This document shows, piece after piece, positions 40,335 to 51,525 of a stretch of DNA of 64,000 nt. Each line of letters opens with the position of its first letter. Positions within the stretch are counted from its first letter, which is position 1. Both the position numbers and the translations under genes were made by a program. The notes under the pieces were generated by a model that was given only the letters and a program-made list of their open reading frames with translations, ran no database searches and was not told the DNA's origin. Origin of the DNA: Torpedo marmorata (lineage: Eukaryota). Location: the NCBI GenBank assembly GCA_977017645.1, contig OZ360223.1:209436001-209500000 (forward strand), given 5' to 3'.

Positions 40335-42325
40335 CTGTGGGTTTAACTTCAGTGGTGGAGAAGTTCCAGAAATGATAATCAGTAACAGAATTAGCCGTCA
40401 TTTGGACAGGTGTGGATTGATCAGAGAAAGTCAACGTAAGTTTGTTTAAGACAAATGACATCTAACTAATGTGGTAGAGGTTTTAATGGAGTCACAAAGG
40501 GGGTTAATGCAGGAAATGTAGTTCATGTGGCATATATGGACTTCCAAAAGGCATCAGATATTGTGCCATATAATAGGTTTGTCATCAAAATTAGTCATGG
40601 AATAAGTTGGATGGAAATTTAGCTAAATAACAGGAAACAGAGTAGTTGTGAAGATTATCTTTTGGATTGATGGAAAGTGTACAGTAAAATTCACCAAGAC
40701 CACTACCTTCCTTTATAAATATTAATGATTTGGACAGGGCAGAATTTCTAAGTTTGCTCGTGACATAAAAGTTGGCGCGGAGTGAACAGTGAGAAGGAGA
40801 GGAATAGACCTCAGAGAGAAACAGACAGGCTGGTAGAATGGATGGGAAGAAGGCATATGAAATTTAATACCGAAATACCTTTTGGAAGGAAGAATTAGTT
40901 AAGGCAACATAAATTGGAAGGGTTACAGGAGCAGAGATATCTGAGAATATATGTGTGCAGTTCATTAAAAGTGGAGCATTGAGAAAGTGGTTTAAAAGTC
41001 ATACGGGATCTGAATTATATAAATACAGTCAGAATAAAGGAGTAAGGTGTAAGAATAATGATAAAAAATTAATTAACTCAACAAAAATGCAATAAAATCC
41101 CACACTTTATAGGACCCCCATCACCCTGGTCACAACCTCTTCTCACTGCTACCTTTGGGCAGAAGGTACAGAAGCCTGAGGACCAGCACCTCTCGGTTCA
41201 AGAACAGTTTCTTTTCAACAAGCTGACAGGTTCTTGAACCTCCCCTTGGTACATGAATTAGGGTCTGCTCCGTCACCACAAAAGGACTGTCTGCGATATT
41301 GCTGTCACTTTTTTTGCACTAGGATAACTGTGAATATTTATTTTGTTTGTATAATTTGTCTCTTTTTAATTCAATTAAGTATATTATTGCAGGATTTTTA
41401 AGTTGTTTGTGTTGTATTTTATTACAAAGTACCATCCAGCTGCAGTGTAAGAATTTCATATGCACATTGTACAATGTATATGACAATAAACTCATTATCA
41501 TTATCAGAAGGGATTTACTAAGGTAATTTCAGGAAGTAAAGGCCGTTGCTGTTTTTATAGAAAATTGGCTGAGTAATAGGAGGTAGGCAAGTTTACCTAA
41601 ACAGCATCACCCATATCTACAATTCTACCATCAAAAATGACACAAGCAACAAGCCTTGAAGAGAACGTCATCAACTGTAGGTTTCCCTCCAAGTCAAACA
41701 CCATCCTGACTTGGCATCCTTTATCGTCACTGTGCTTAAATGCTGGAATTCCCTACCCAATGGCACTTTGGAAGTACCTTCACCAAAGGAATGCAGTGGT
41801 TCGAAAAGGCCGCTCACCACTATTTCTCAAGGACAATTAGGGATGGACTATAAATGCTGACCTTTGCCAGAGCCATCCAGATCCTGAAAATGAATTTTAA
41901 AAAGCGGGGCTCTTTGTACAGAGTAGAGAAACTGGGATTGCTCTCCTTGGAACAGAGGATGTTGCAAGGAGATCTGACAGAGGTATTTAAAATTACAGAA
42001 GGTGCAGACAAAGTAGACAGGAAGAAGCTGTTCCCATTGATGGAGGGGGTCAAGGTCCAGGGGTGTGGAACAAAAGTGTTTGGCAAGAAAACCAAAGGTG
42101 ATCTGAGTTTTTTCTAAACAAGCGGTCAAGATTTGGGGTGCATTACCAGGGGTGCTGGTTGAGGAAGATTCAACTGTAGTGTTCAAAAGGGAACAGGATA
42201 AGTATCTGAAGGAATGCTAGAGGGGGAGGGTAGAGAAGTGGGAATAAATGGATTGTTCTTATAGAGAGCCAGTATGTTCTCAATGGACTGAAAGGCTCCC
42301 TCTCTGCTGGGCCTATTCTGTGATA
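40335..42325 (+). mobile_element. Old CR1 fragments interrupted by a Rex1 fragment (~41115-41485) and another LINE 3' end (~41670-41895)
   Basis: atatatggacttccaaaaggc (YMDFQKA); VEKLGLLSLEQRMLQGDLTEVFKI; Rex1-like ggaccccc-atcaccctggtcac...atgacaataaa. Confidence 0.65.
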
Positions 42326-43134
42326 TTCTCACTGAGCCCTGCCAATTTACTACCACTTGTTGCTCCTTGACTTCAGAGTTGCAGTAAGGACACCATCTGG
42401 TGTACTCCCACAACCTGGAATAACAGTGGAAATGACAACAGATGGAATCTTTAGCAGGAAACCAGTTAAAAGCTTTTAATGGGGCTTGAAAATTTTAATT
42501 TTCAGATTTTTTTAGATAACCTATAAGTTCCTCTCTGTCACCCTATGTACTTGGAGCCAGGGAAATCTTGGAGAACTGTGCACTTCATCAGTTTTAACCA
42601 GTGTTGTGTAAAAACAAGAAGTAAATGGAACCACTAGAGCAATAATTCACCACGGAATACATTGATATCAAGGATTATCTGCTTCCCTGTCCAAAATAAT
42701 AGAATCAGTCAACTCACAAATATAAATTTTGGAGGAAACATTACTTTGCAACTCATCTCTGTTTCAAACCCAAGTAACATACATAAGACTTTGTATTAAT
42801 TCAACTAGCACAATACAAAAACCTGAAATTCTTTTGCGCTCTGATAAACAATCAGGAAAATATATCTGCAAATAAAAATTACTGCTGATTTCCATGGCAA
42901 TATCTGCAGTACAATGAAGAAGCAGATTGGAGACATAAGAGAATGCAGATGCAGGAATCTGGAGCAAAAAAAGCAGATGGAATGTGTACTGGTGATGTAG
43001 GTAGTTTTGCACACGCAACATATGTGCATTTGAAAACTGGCACCAGGTTAGGAATGAGACTGGAACAGATGAAGTATCAGAAAGTGGACAAAACATTTTC
43101 AGGAATTGTGAAACTTTCACAGAGTTAGGTTGAT

Positions 43135-43362
43135 CTAAAATGTTTTACAGCCAATGAAGTACAAGTGGAGTGGAGCCACTGACTTCATGGAGACAGCATG
43201 GACACTAATTTGTGCACAGCAAGGTGCCACACACAATATTATAATGGTCAGATAATCTGTTTCTCTGATGGTAACTGACATACAAGTATTGACCAGGACA
43301 CAATGAAGGATCTCTTGCATGTTCTCAGATGGTGCCGTGGGATCCTTCCTATCCACCTGAGA
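43135..43362 (-). mobile_element. DeuSINE (SacSINE1/AmnSINE-like) remnant
   Basis: Reverse strand reads ctcaggtggataggaaggatcccacggcaccat...tcctggtcaatact...cagattatctgaccatt...cttgctgtgcacaaatt...gtacttcattggctgtaaa. Confidence 0.7.
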
Positions 43363-43562
43363 CGGATTAAAATTGTTTGGAACAAACTACCAATGTATTA
43401 ATACATTTTGGATAAGTAAATAGAATTTAACTTGTAAACAGTTATTTTAATATCTCTGTAAAGGACAGTATGATTCCTGGAGGCAATAATAATGTGGGAA
43501 CCTGCAAGGGAAATGAAAAAATACAATGAAACCTGTGCACTTATACTTAGGTATGGTCTGAT

Positions 43563-43709
43563 CAATGGTTCTCAACCTTTTCTTTCCACTCACATACCAC
43601 CTTACTAACCACACAGCACTTATGGCATAGGATGCATAGGTGCTCTGTGGTTAGTAAGGGATTACCTAAGGTGGTATTTGAGTGGGAAAAAAAGGGTTGA
43701 GAACCACTG
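43563..43709. mobile_element. hAT (Charlie-like) MITE
   Basis: TIRs caatggttctcaacc / ggttgagaaccactg; palindromic body; degenerate TSD gtctgat/gtctaaat. Confidence 0.85.
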
Positions 43710-43914
43710 GTCTAAATACTGTGAAACATAGCAGCAAAGAGTTTGGATCTAAAAGAGAAATTATGTTCTAGATAAAATGAACAGAAAAGGTCACTGAAAA
43801 TCAGGATTGAGCGGAGTCAAGAATCTCATTGTCAAGAGCTGAACTGTTGTAATCATATCTCCATCAACCTTTGTTTTTTTTTTGGTTTTTGTGTTCTTCA
43901 TTTCAAACTCTTAC

Positions 43915-44107
43915 CTTCCACCCAAAGCTGCTCGATGTCAGTCTCAATGCTTGCAACTCTGAGGCCAACAGCAAAAGCTCCAAAGACCAAGAGACCAATG
44001 AAGAGGAACTTGCCACAGTGCCGCTGGATGCTGCAGCCCAGCCTGAAGAGCAGGGCCTGGAAATGGGCTCTCAGCCACAGTGGAGCCCTGCGCCCTTCTG
44101 CCTTACC
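43915..44107 (-). CDS. PTCH2: Patched homolog 2, coding exon 2 (193 nt, includes TM1)
   Basis: Acceptor ctctttttaccctag|GGT and donor GAA G|gtaaga. Translates [64 protein letters not shown], in frame with exon 1. The 193-nt length equals the conserved Patched exon 2. Confidence 0.95.
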
Positions 44108-45871
44108 CTAGGGTAAAAAGAGAAGAGCATTAGACCAGGTAGCTACTGAAAGAGAAATGCTGGAACAAGCAAATGGGAAGACTGGCTGGTAAGAGCAAGT
44201 GCAGGGCAATTGACAGGAAGTAAGGGACAATGAGGTTGCTGAAATGGATGAAATGATAGAAGTAAGGAAAGGATGACAAGAGAAGGAGATAGTGAGAAAG
44301 GAGTAGTGTGGAGCAGGAAAATTATATTGAGGTGGGATAGAAAATGCTATGGCAAACTTTGCATATGCAAAGATGAAAGCAAGGAAAGAGTGATAATGGA
44401 GGTAGAGAAAATGATAGAAACAAAGAGGATATATGCATCTTGCTGCAGATAAAAATAGAAAGTGCAAAGGACAGGAGATGGGGTAATGAAAAATGGTGAA
44501 GGATAAAGGGGGATAAAAGAACAGGCAAAGAGCAAGGAAAGAAGACTTCAAAATGGATAGCTGATATGAAATATGGGAACAAGAAAAAAAAAAGAAAATT
44601 AGAATGAAATAGTTCCTGTTACCAAAAACGATCTGGCTTGTAAATAATGAGAGAAAATTTTATGAGGAAGTTGAAAATTGTTGGTGGTACTTTATGAAAG
44701 ATGCTGAGAAAATCTAAAATGCTTCAATAGATTATCTCTTTATGCCGCGCACATTTCCCCTTTTTATTTCTTCCTTTCATAATCTCATTCTGCTTTTCTT
44801 TTCCTTGTCTTTTTCTCCTTCAGTATTTCCCACACGCTAATTTCCTTCCTGTTTTTAAATCCATTTCTTCTCATTCCAATATTCTTCTGCATTCTCTCTT
44901 TCCCATCTATTTCCTTATTTTGCTCCTGTACTGAGCAGTTTGAGTCAGGTGTCATTTTTTCCCCCCAGTTTTCTTTCTTTCCTGCACCCTTTGCCACTCA
45001 TTAGCCTCCTTCTGTTTGACCTTACCCCCCACCTCCACACACCTCCCTCCCGATCAGCCCCATTGCGCATGGCTTCCATTGCTTTTGAGCATTTTTCTCA
45101 CCTTCGCCTTTGCTTCTCCCCTTGTCAAATGCTCTTCGGCGGCACTCGAGGATCGTCAGACCTCTCTCTGCATCGACTCTGCAGACCGATCTCCCTCCCA
45201 ATTCGCCTCTCCCTCCTTCTCACCTCCCCTTTCCCAATCAGAAATTCAACACAGACCGTCATATATTTCTGCGAGTAGCTGCCTCTATTTAGTTCAATTA
45301 AAGATCCCGGCACTCTTTCATGGTTTCCTCAAGTACAGATTTATTTGTTTTAAAGCCTACAACATCCAGGTCAGTCGCGTACACAGGATAACGGCGCGCT
45401 GAGGGTGCACGGAGGCTCCGCACACACACCTGTGTACATTTCCTCACTCGCACACCGCGTCCACACACATACCACAGAGGTGAGCGCTGACATTAAATCC
45501 AGCCCAACTCATCAACCTCAGGCTGGATCCTACACTGACTGTTATTCGGAGGCATTGCCTTATCAATAAACCCATCCCCACCAGCTCTGAAAGGGAAGCA
45601 GTTTCTGAAAATGTTGACACCTTTTGATATAGTTACTTTCAAAATATTCAACCACACTTCCCTTGACTAGGAGGCGTGCAGTTTCTAAACAAGAGAAAAC
45701 AATCTTGCATGAAACACGCGTCTAACTCAGAAAACTCTCCCAGCTCGGAATATAAGGCAGTTTCAAAAACAACTTCCAGGAGTCCTGCCGACTTCCTGGT
45801 GGTATCAGCGTCTCGCATTGCACGGGGGACAGAGTTAGCAAGTACAATATTCTTTTTTTTTTCTTTTGCAC
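44108..45871 (-). other. PTCH2: PTCH2 intron 1 (1764 bp)
   Basis: GT..AG boundaries between the two identified exons. Confidence 0.88.
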
Positions 45872-46012
45872 CTTGGAGATCTGTTTCAATGCGAAAGCAG
45901 CGTGGCAGTAACTGGGTCTCCGCAGCAGATCCGAGCAAGCGGCCGGGCTTCGATGACTGTACCTCGGGGGCAGAGCTCCATCGATCCGGGCAAGGTTAGA
46001 AACCGAAGCCAT
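45872..46012 (-). CDS. PTCH2: Patched homolog 2, coding exon 1 (47 codons)
   Basis: ATG at 46012 gives MASVSNLARIDGALPPRYSHRSPAACSDLLRRPSYCHAAFALKQISK. SDLLRRPSYCHAAFALKQISK matches fish/amphibian Patched2 (PTCH1 has [20 protein letters not shown]). Phase-0 donor AAG|GT at 45871, the same ISK|GK junction as vertebrate Patched genes. Confidence 0.93.
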
Positions 46013-46452
46013 GTCGCTGGAAACCAGTCGCGGATCGTTTGGTTCAACAACAACAGTAATAATTCCCCAAAAGTGACCAGAAAAACAGCTGGAGAGTCTC
46101 TAGTCTCTTCCTGAGCGAAAGCCTGATATTTCCATCCCAACATTTCGCGCAGAAATCCTTGAGGATCTTGACTCTACATCCACGTGTAGTTTTCTCTCTC
46201 GCGCTCGCTCCTTTTTACTCGTCCTTCTAACATCACAATTTTTTTTTTTTTAAAACTCGTCCAGCTCAATCTTTACTTCTGTCCCCGATCTCAGACATCC
46301 AACATTTGGAGAGAAAAACCCGCCTCCAGCCCATCAAAAAGAGTTGATGGAAAGTCCTCTCGACCGGATTCCCATTGGCTAAGGAAGAAGCAAATTACTT
46401 AGCAAACATCTACTATTATTAGCTGCTAAGCAACAGCTCACCAAAGTGGACG

Positions 46453-46461
46453 GACCACCCA
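46453..46461 (+). promoter_or_regulatory. Consensus GLI-binding site in the PTCH2 promoter
   Basis: Perfect GACCACCCA ~440 bp upstream of the ATG. Patched genes are direct Hedgehog/GLI feedback targets. Confidence 0.85.
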
Positions 46462-48629
46462 GGCTGCAGAAGCATCAATGGGAGGTAGCGAGAACTCCTG
46501 CGCACAAGATCTCTGCGGATCTTTCCAAACCCTTGAATATTTTTTGTTTAAAAAAAACAAGTTTCCCAACTAATACATGAAACTGACAGCTAAATAGTTT
46601 CGTGTATAGTTTAGCTACATGTATACATAAAGTTCTTTGTCCTGGCAAATAAAGTTTGTAAATGAGTTTTTGTAACTTAAAAAAATGAAAGTAGTGGGAA
46701 CAGCAGTTCTCGCTCTCTCTCACGCGCAAGCACACACACACACAGACTCACACATAAGTCTGTGTATGTGTATTTATATTAGGTATGTATGCATGTGTGT
46801 ATAAAACGTCGTGAATTGCTGAGGTACCCGGGCCCCTTTAACCCAACAAACGCAGGGGAGGTCCCAGATGAATTCTGGAGACCGCATAAATAAACCAAGG
46901 GCAACTAGATCTGAATAAATGTTCTCCAGAAATCTGGCATTGCAAATGCTGTTCATAAAGTCAAGCGAAAATGAATGAAGAAATGTGTAGTGAAACAAGG
47001 CTGGGGAGCTGAATATTTTATAGCCTGATGATAAAGTCGAGAAAAAAAAGCAGGCAAGGCTTTGGGGTGGGGGCGATCTTGTGCATTGCAACAATGTAAC
47101 TAATACAATTAAAATATATTTAATTTCTTTTTAAGATGATGTTATAAAGTAAAAATATCAGTCCCCAATTTTATCGCTTTCCGATTATGGAAGGGGAGTT
47201 CAAATAAAAAAAAACAGCGTTAAAGTTCCCCCAAATCAGGCGTGCAAGCAGTTGGAATTTTTGACTCTGGGCTTTATAATTAGACTTACACGAGTGAGCG
47301 CTAATACAGTTTTACATAAATGTGCGCGTTGTGTTTGACTTCAGAAAATGTTGTTTTCGTTACAGCCAGCAGCTGCAGCATGTTTTTCCTTCCCTGAAGG
47401 TTGTTTACCAAGCGGCTAAAATCCTGTAGAAACCCTGACTGCCTCCTTCCACAAAAGTATGCGTATATGTTAACATTACCAGTGTCCAACATTACCTTAA
47501 AGGACACACAACATGCCACCCACCAGCACTGATAGGATTAATTATGATAATTTATTTCTTTTTCCTTTTGTCGACCTAATGAATGGTCTTCTTTAAGATT
47601 TTTAACGTCTTTTGTTTGTCTTTTAAGGATGTATTGTAGGATTGCAGATAGCAGGTGGTTATTCCAAACCCGCCTTTGTCTCCATTGGGGGCTTGACGGA
47701 GCTTCGGCCGGACGTGGCTTCACTCCCAACTTGGTTCAGCACAATCCACGGTCGTGTTGAAATGCAGCCACAGAAGCAATAGTATTGTAAAAACTCCTCT
47801 TCCACGGGTCTGTTTCACACACCCTGTTAAATTGTGTTCTCCAACCTCTATCACCATTCAGTGAAGTCTTTCGCAATGTGTAACAATCTTGTCAATATTC
47901 GTAGACATTTCACCCCGATGTTAGCAGCCTTCTTAAAAAGCGCTGCTTTAAATAGCGTATGATATTGTTGTTTGTATTATTCCAATAAAAACCGAAATAC
48001 AAGCAACCGGCCTTTTTTTTCTTATTTTTTTAACACGCTGCATTATATTAAAGAAAGCTGTAGGTAGCTGCAAGTTTAACAGAGACATATAAACTGCACG
48101 CGTTGCCCCGCTCTGAATGGTGTCCAATTAACCTTTATAATAAATGTGAGACCCGGACCGAGTTCAACCGCACAGTCGCGCGTTTGTGTGGCTGACGGGC
48201 CCCTGTATCGGCTACACTGCGCCCTCTGCGGGACGGTGGGAGAGACAAGGGACGCAGCCGATGCATGGGCCGGAGATGGTCCCGGCGGAGCGGCTGCAGC
48301 TCCAGCTCCGACTGAGGCCAATTGTGGCAGCGAGCGAGCGAGCAGATGTTACATGATAATTTGCAGACTTTAAGCTGCTCGTGGAATTCAGATTGAATTG
48401 GCGCGAAGTGATTAGAAAAGTTTTGTTTCTTGTTGGAACCACATTGGAAATCCCATTGCAAGAAGAAGGTCGAGTCTGGTGGGGAGACGCGTTAGGGGAA
48501 TTTGTTGGGGGTAAAATGGTAGGTCGGCAAAGGAGGCAAACCACAGAAGGGAGCAGGTTTATGCGTATTGTCCCGACACAGAAGTTCGGTTGGTGCATTC
48601 ATGGGAAGCTTAAACAAGTATAACAGAGA

Positions 48630-48912
48630 CATTTCGATGTCTCATCAAGAGGTTCTTGATTAGCCAGGGCATCAAAGGTTATGGGGAGAAGGCCGGGCAG
48701 TGGGGCTGACTGGGAGAATGGATCAGCTCATGAATGAATGGCGGGGCAGACTCGAATGGCTGCATAGCGTATTTCTGCTCCTATGTCAGTGGTTCTCAAC
48801 CTTTTTTTTCTACTCACATACCACCTTAAGTAATCCCTTACTAACCACAGAGCATCTATGGCGTAGGATATGAGTAGAAAAAAAAGGTTGAGAACTACTG
48901 TCCTATGTCTTT
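48630..48912 (+). mobile_element. CR1 3' end interrupted by a hAT MITE
   Basis: caaaggttatggggagaaggc...tttctgctcctatgt|MITE|tcctatgtct. Confidence 0.8.
48787..48900. mobile_element. hAT (Charlie-like) MITE with perfect 8-bp TSD
   Basis: TIRs cagtggttctcaacctttttttt / aaaaaaaaggttgagaactactg; TSD TCCTATGT at 48779-48786 and 48901-48908. Confidence 0.92.
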
Positions 48913-49327
48913 TTTACACAGCTGCTGCGTTCCAGGAAATTATTCCCATTTTCCGGAATGCCTGCTGTGTAAAAAGCTTGCAATGGGAATGATGATGCCA
49001 TTCCAGTTCTGACTTTTTACCTCCTGGACCCCTAGTCATTTTCCCGGAACGCCTGCAGTCTAACCTGAACTGCAGGCATTCCGTGACCAAGGGGCAAATG
49101 AATACGACATAGCGATGACGCGCTGCTGGTATGCTATCTAAACTCGCGGATGGAAACTGAGATTTGACGTTTTGGTCGTTCTTTTGTGTGAACGGCCACT
49201 GCCAGGATGTCGGGAGACTCTTCACAACGGTAAAATCCCGCGAAGTCTATGTAAAAAAAAAAAAAACACACTATGGTCTTATATAAACTATACAAGATTG
49301 ACAAAGTTAATAGAGGAATTAGAGACA

Positions 49328-50030
49328 GACAAGAGACTGCAGATGCTGGAATCTGGAGCAACACACAATCTGCTGGAGGAACTCAATGGGTCAGGCAGCA
49401 TCAGTGGGAGAAAAAAAGATTTGTCAAGGAAGGTTGCAGACAATTTCATCAGGACTGAAGTGGAGGGGAGCCCACCTTTTACGACTCATCTTCCTCTGCC
49501 TAACCTCTTTGCTTCTTTTGCTTCTCTCTCCTTCCTGGCATCTGCCAGTGAACTGCCTCTATCCTGCATCCTTCACGTCTCCCTGGTTCACCAATCTTCC
49601 ACTGAGTAGCAAACACCAGAGGACATCTGTACAAGGTGAGGGGAGAAAAGTTTAAGGGAGACGTCAGGGGTAAATTTTTTACACAGAGAATGTATCGCCA
49701 GGGGTGGTGGTGGAGGCTGGTACAATAGGGACGTTTAAAAGACTCTTGGACAGGCATATGGATACAAGAAAAATAAAGGGTTATGGGTCTGAGGTAGGGA
49801 AAGTTTAGTTTGTTGTGTAGGTTTATATAGGTTGGCACAAAATTGTGGGCCGAAGGGCCTATACTGTGCAGTAATGTTCGATGACCCCAGTTCTACCCCT
49901 TCCATCCTGTCCTCAATATTCTAGCTCCCACTCTCTCAGTCCCGATGAAGGGTTCTGGCACACAACATTGACAGTTCTTTCTTCCACTGAAACTGCTCGA
50001 CCTGCCGAGTTCCTCCAGCAGATTGTGCAC
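49328..50030. mobile_element. Decayed inverted Penelope-like pLTR pair with a CR1 3' fragment (~49610-49880) inside
   Basis: cacaatctgctggaggaactc (~49365) is inverted relative to gagttcctccagcagattgtg (~50010); degenerate ccgatgaagggttctggcac motif at 49941. Confidence 0.65.
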
Positions 50031-50829
50031 TGATAAAGGAGTTACCAGGATAGGGCATATGCCGCCACTGGGTCGAAATCTTGGATCTCCCCTCGTGCTC
50101 CTTCACCAAAGGGACTGTGGCAGCTCACTACCACCTTCTCAAGGGAAATTGTGGGTCAGCAATATATGCTGAGCTTGTCAGCGAGGCCCACAACACCCCC
50201 CCCCCAAAAAAAAATGAATGTAAGAAATTATTGTTAGGGCACAGGTGATAGGCATTGTCAATCAAGTCACAATTTGAAAGGTTTAGGAGAGCAATCGGGT
50301 CCAGAAAGGATCTGAAAGTGGCAAGGCAGAATGGTTGACTGAATCTTTAAAGCGATGGTGCCCCACATTCTTCAGAAGGGATACAGATATCGCATGCTTC
50401 TGCTTCAGTACAAGTTCTGGAGACTTGTCAAGCCTCATTTATTACAATTAACAATCACTAAAATTGTTTAAAATCTAATCTATTTTGAATTATGCCTTTC
50501 TAACAAATAAACAGTTCCTTATGTTATATGTTTGCATCTGTTCATTCTTACCAATCAAACCCTGTTCCTTCCTAACACTTCAAGCTAAAACATGGTGTGA
50601 AATGACTGTAAACAGCAAAATGAGGGAACTAAAAAACAATAAGCGATCACATTCATAAAAACAACCAGGAGGTCACATAAAACCAGGTGTAAAATAACTT
50701 ACATAACATACTTATAATTATGCATTTAATATTTTGTTTTGAAATAGTTACTTCTGCAATTACTTTTGATTAAACAGGCAGAATTACCTCATATATATTC
50801 TAAATTCTAAAATCCAGGTTAAAGGTAGG

Positions 50830-51525
50830 CTGCCTCAGCAACAGGCCTGTCCACGGTCGACGACTGGTGACCAGCGTGTAATAAATGCCTGGAGAATTTC
50901 TTGGGCCCGACCGCGGGGAAGTGGAGGACTGGAGCAGGGCACCAGAGGACGGGAAGATCACCCCCCCCCCCGTCTGAGAAGGAGAAGCGGAGGAGACGAC
51001 CCACGGGACGGTGACCACGGCGGCGGACCAGTGAGGGACTCTGAGGCTGAAGGACCAGTGCATGCGGCGGGCTGCTGGCGACTTGAGGCAAGGTACCTGC
51101 GGAGGCTGTGGACTGCTGGAGACTGCTGTCGGGGGACTCGCTGCGCTGCGGACTGCTGGAGGCTGGCTCGATCTGGCTGGAGGAGTACCAGGTATCGGAA
51201 CCGGGATGCGAGGGGGTGCCGAGGGCGACCTGACCGTGTTGGAGGTTCAGATCTGGAGCTCGGGTTGCCATGGTTTGGACTGGACTCTGTGTGGCTGCGG
51301 AGGCTGCAGAAGCGCTGGAGGCGAATCTACGGACGCTCGGTGATTCTGGGGGGATTCTCTTTTGCTTCTCTTTCTCTGACTGTAAGGAATGTTAGAGGCG
51401 CTTAGGCAATTTCTGCTGGTGGTGAATCTGTCTGCCTTGCAGCAGGCAAAAAGAAATTTCATGGAATATGACACTGTCTTATTACTATGACAATAAATTG
51501 AATCTTAAATTGAATCTTGATCTTA
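50830..51525 (+). mobile_element. CpG-rich non-coding retroelement with a Rex1-like 3' tail
   Basis: Ends ctgccttgcagcaggcaaaaagaaatttc...tatgacaataaa(ttgaatct)n, resembling the Rex1 end at 17227-17306; no recognisable ORF. Confidence 0.55.

Larger units (their letters stand above)
1..43914 (-). other. PTCH2: PTCH2 intron 2 (partial; continues past the window start)
   Basis: Starts with a gtaaga donor. No exon-3-like peptide (xGxRVSxELxYTxxKxGEE...IQTP) found by eye or in the ORF track down to base 1. Confidence 0.65.
45000..46520 (-). promoter_or_regulatory. CpG-rich promoter / first-exon region of PTCH2 with CCAAT box
   Basis: Visibly higher CpG density than the flanks. CCAAT on the minus strand at 46374-46378. 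GLI site at 46453 and GLI-like TGGGAGGTA at 46479-46487. Confidence 0.7.

Noticed and set aside
48076-48321. ORF MASVGAGAAAAPPGP resembling a Patched N-terminus
   Set aside because: Starts at TTG, not ATG; low-complexity GC-rich translation; no convincing donor site
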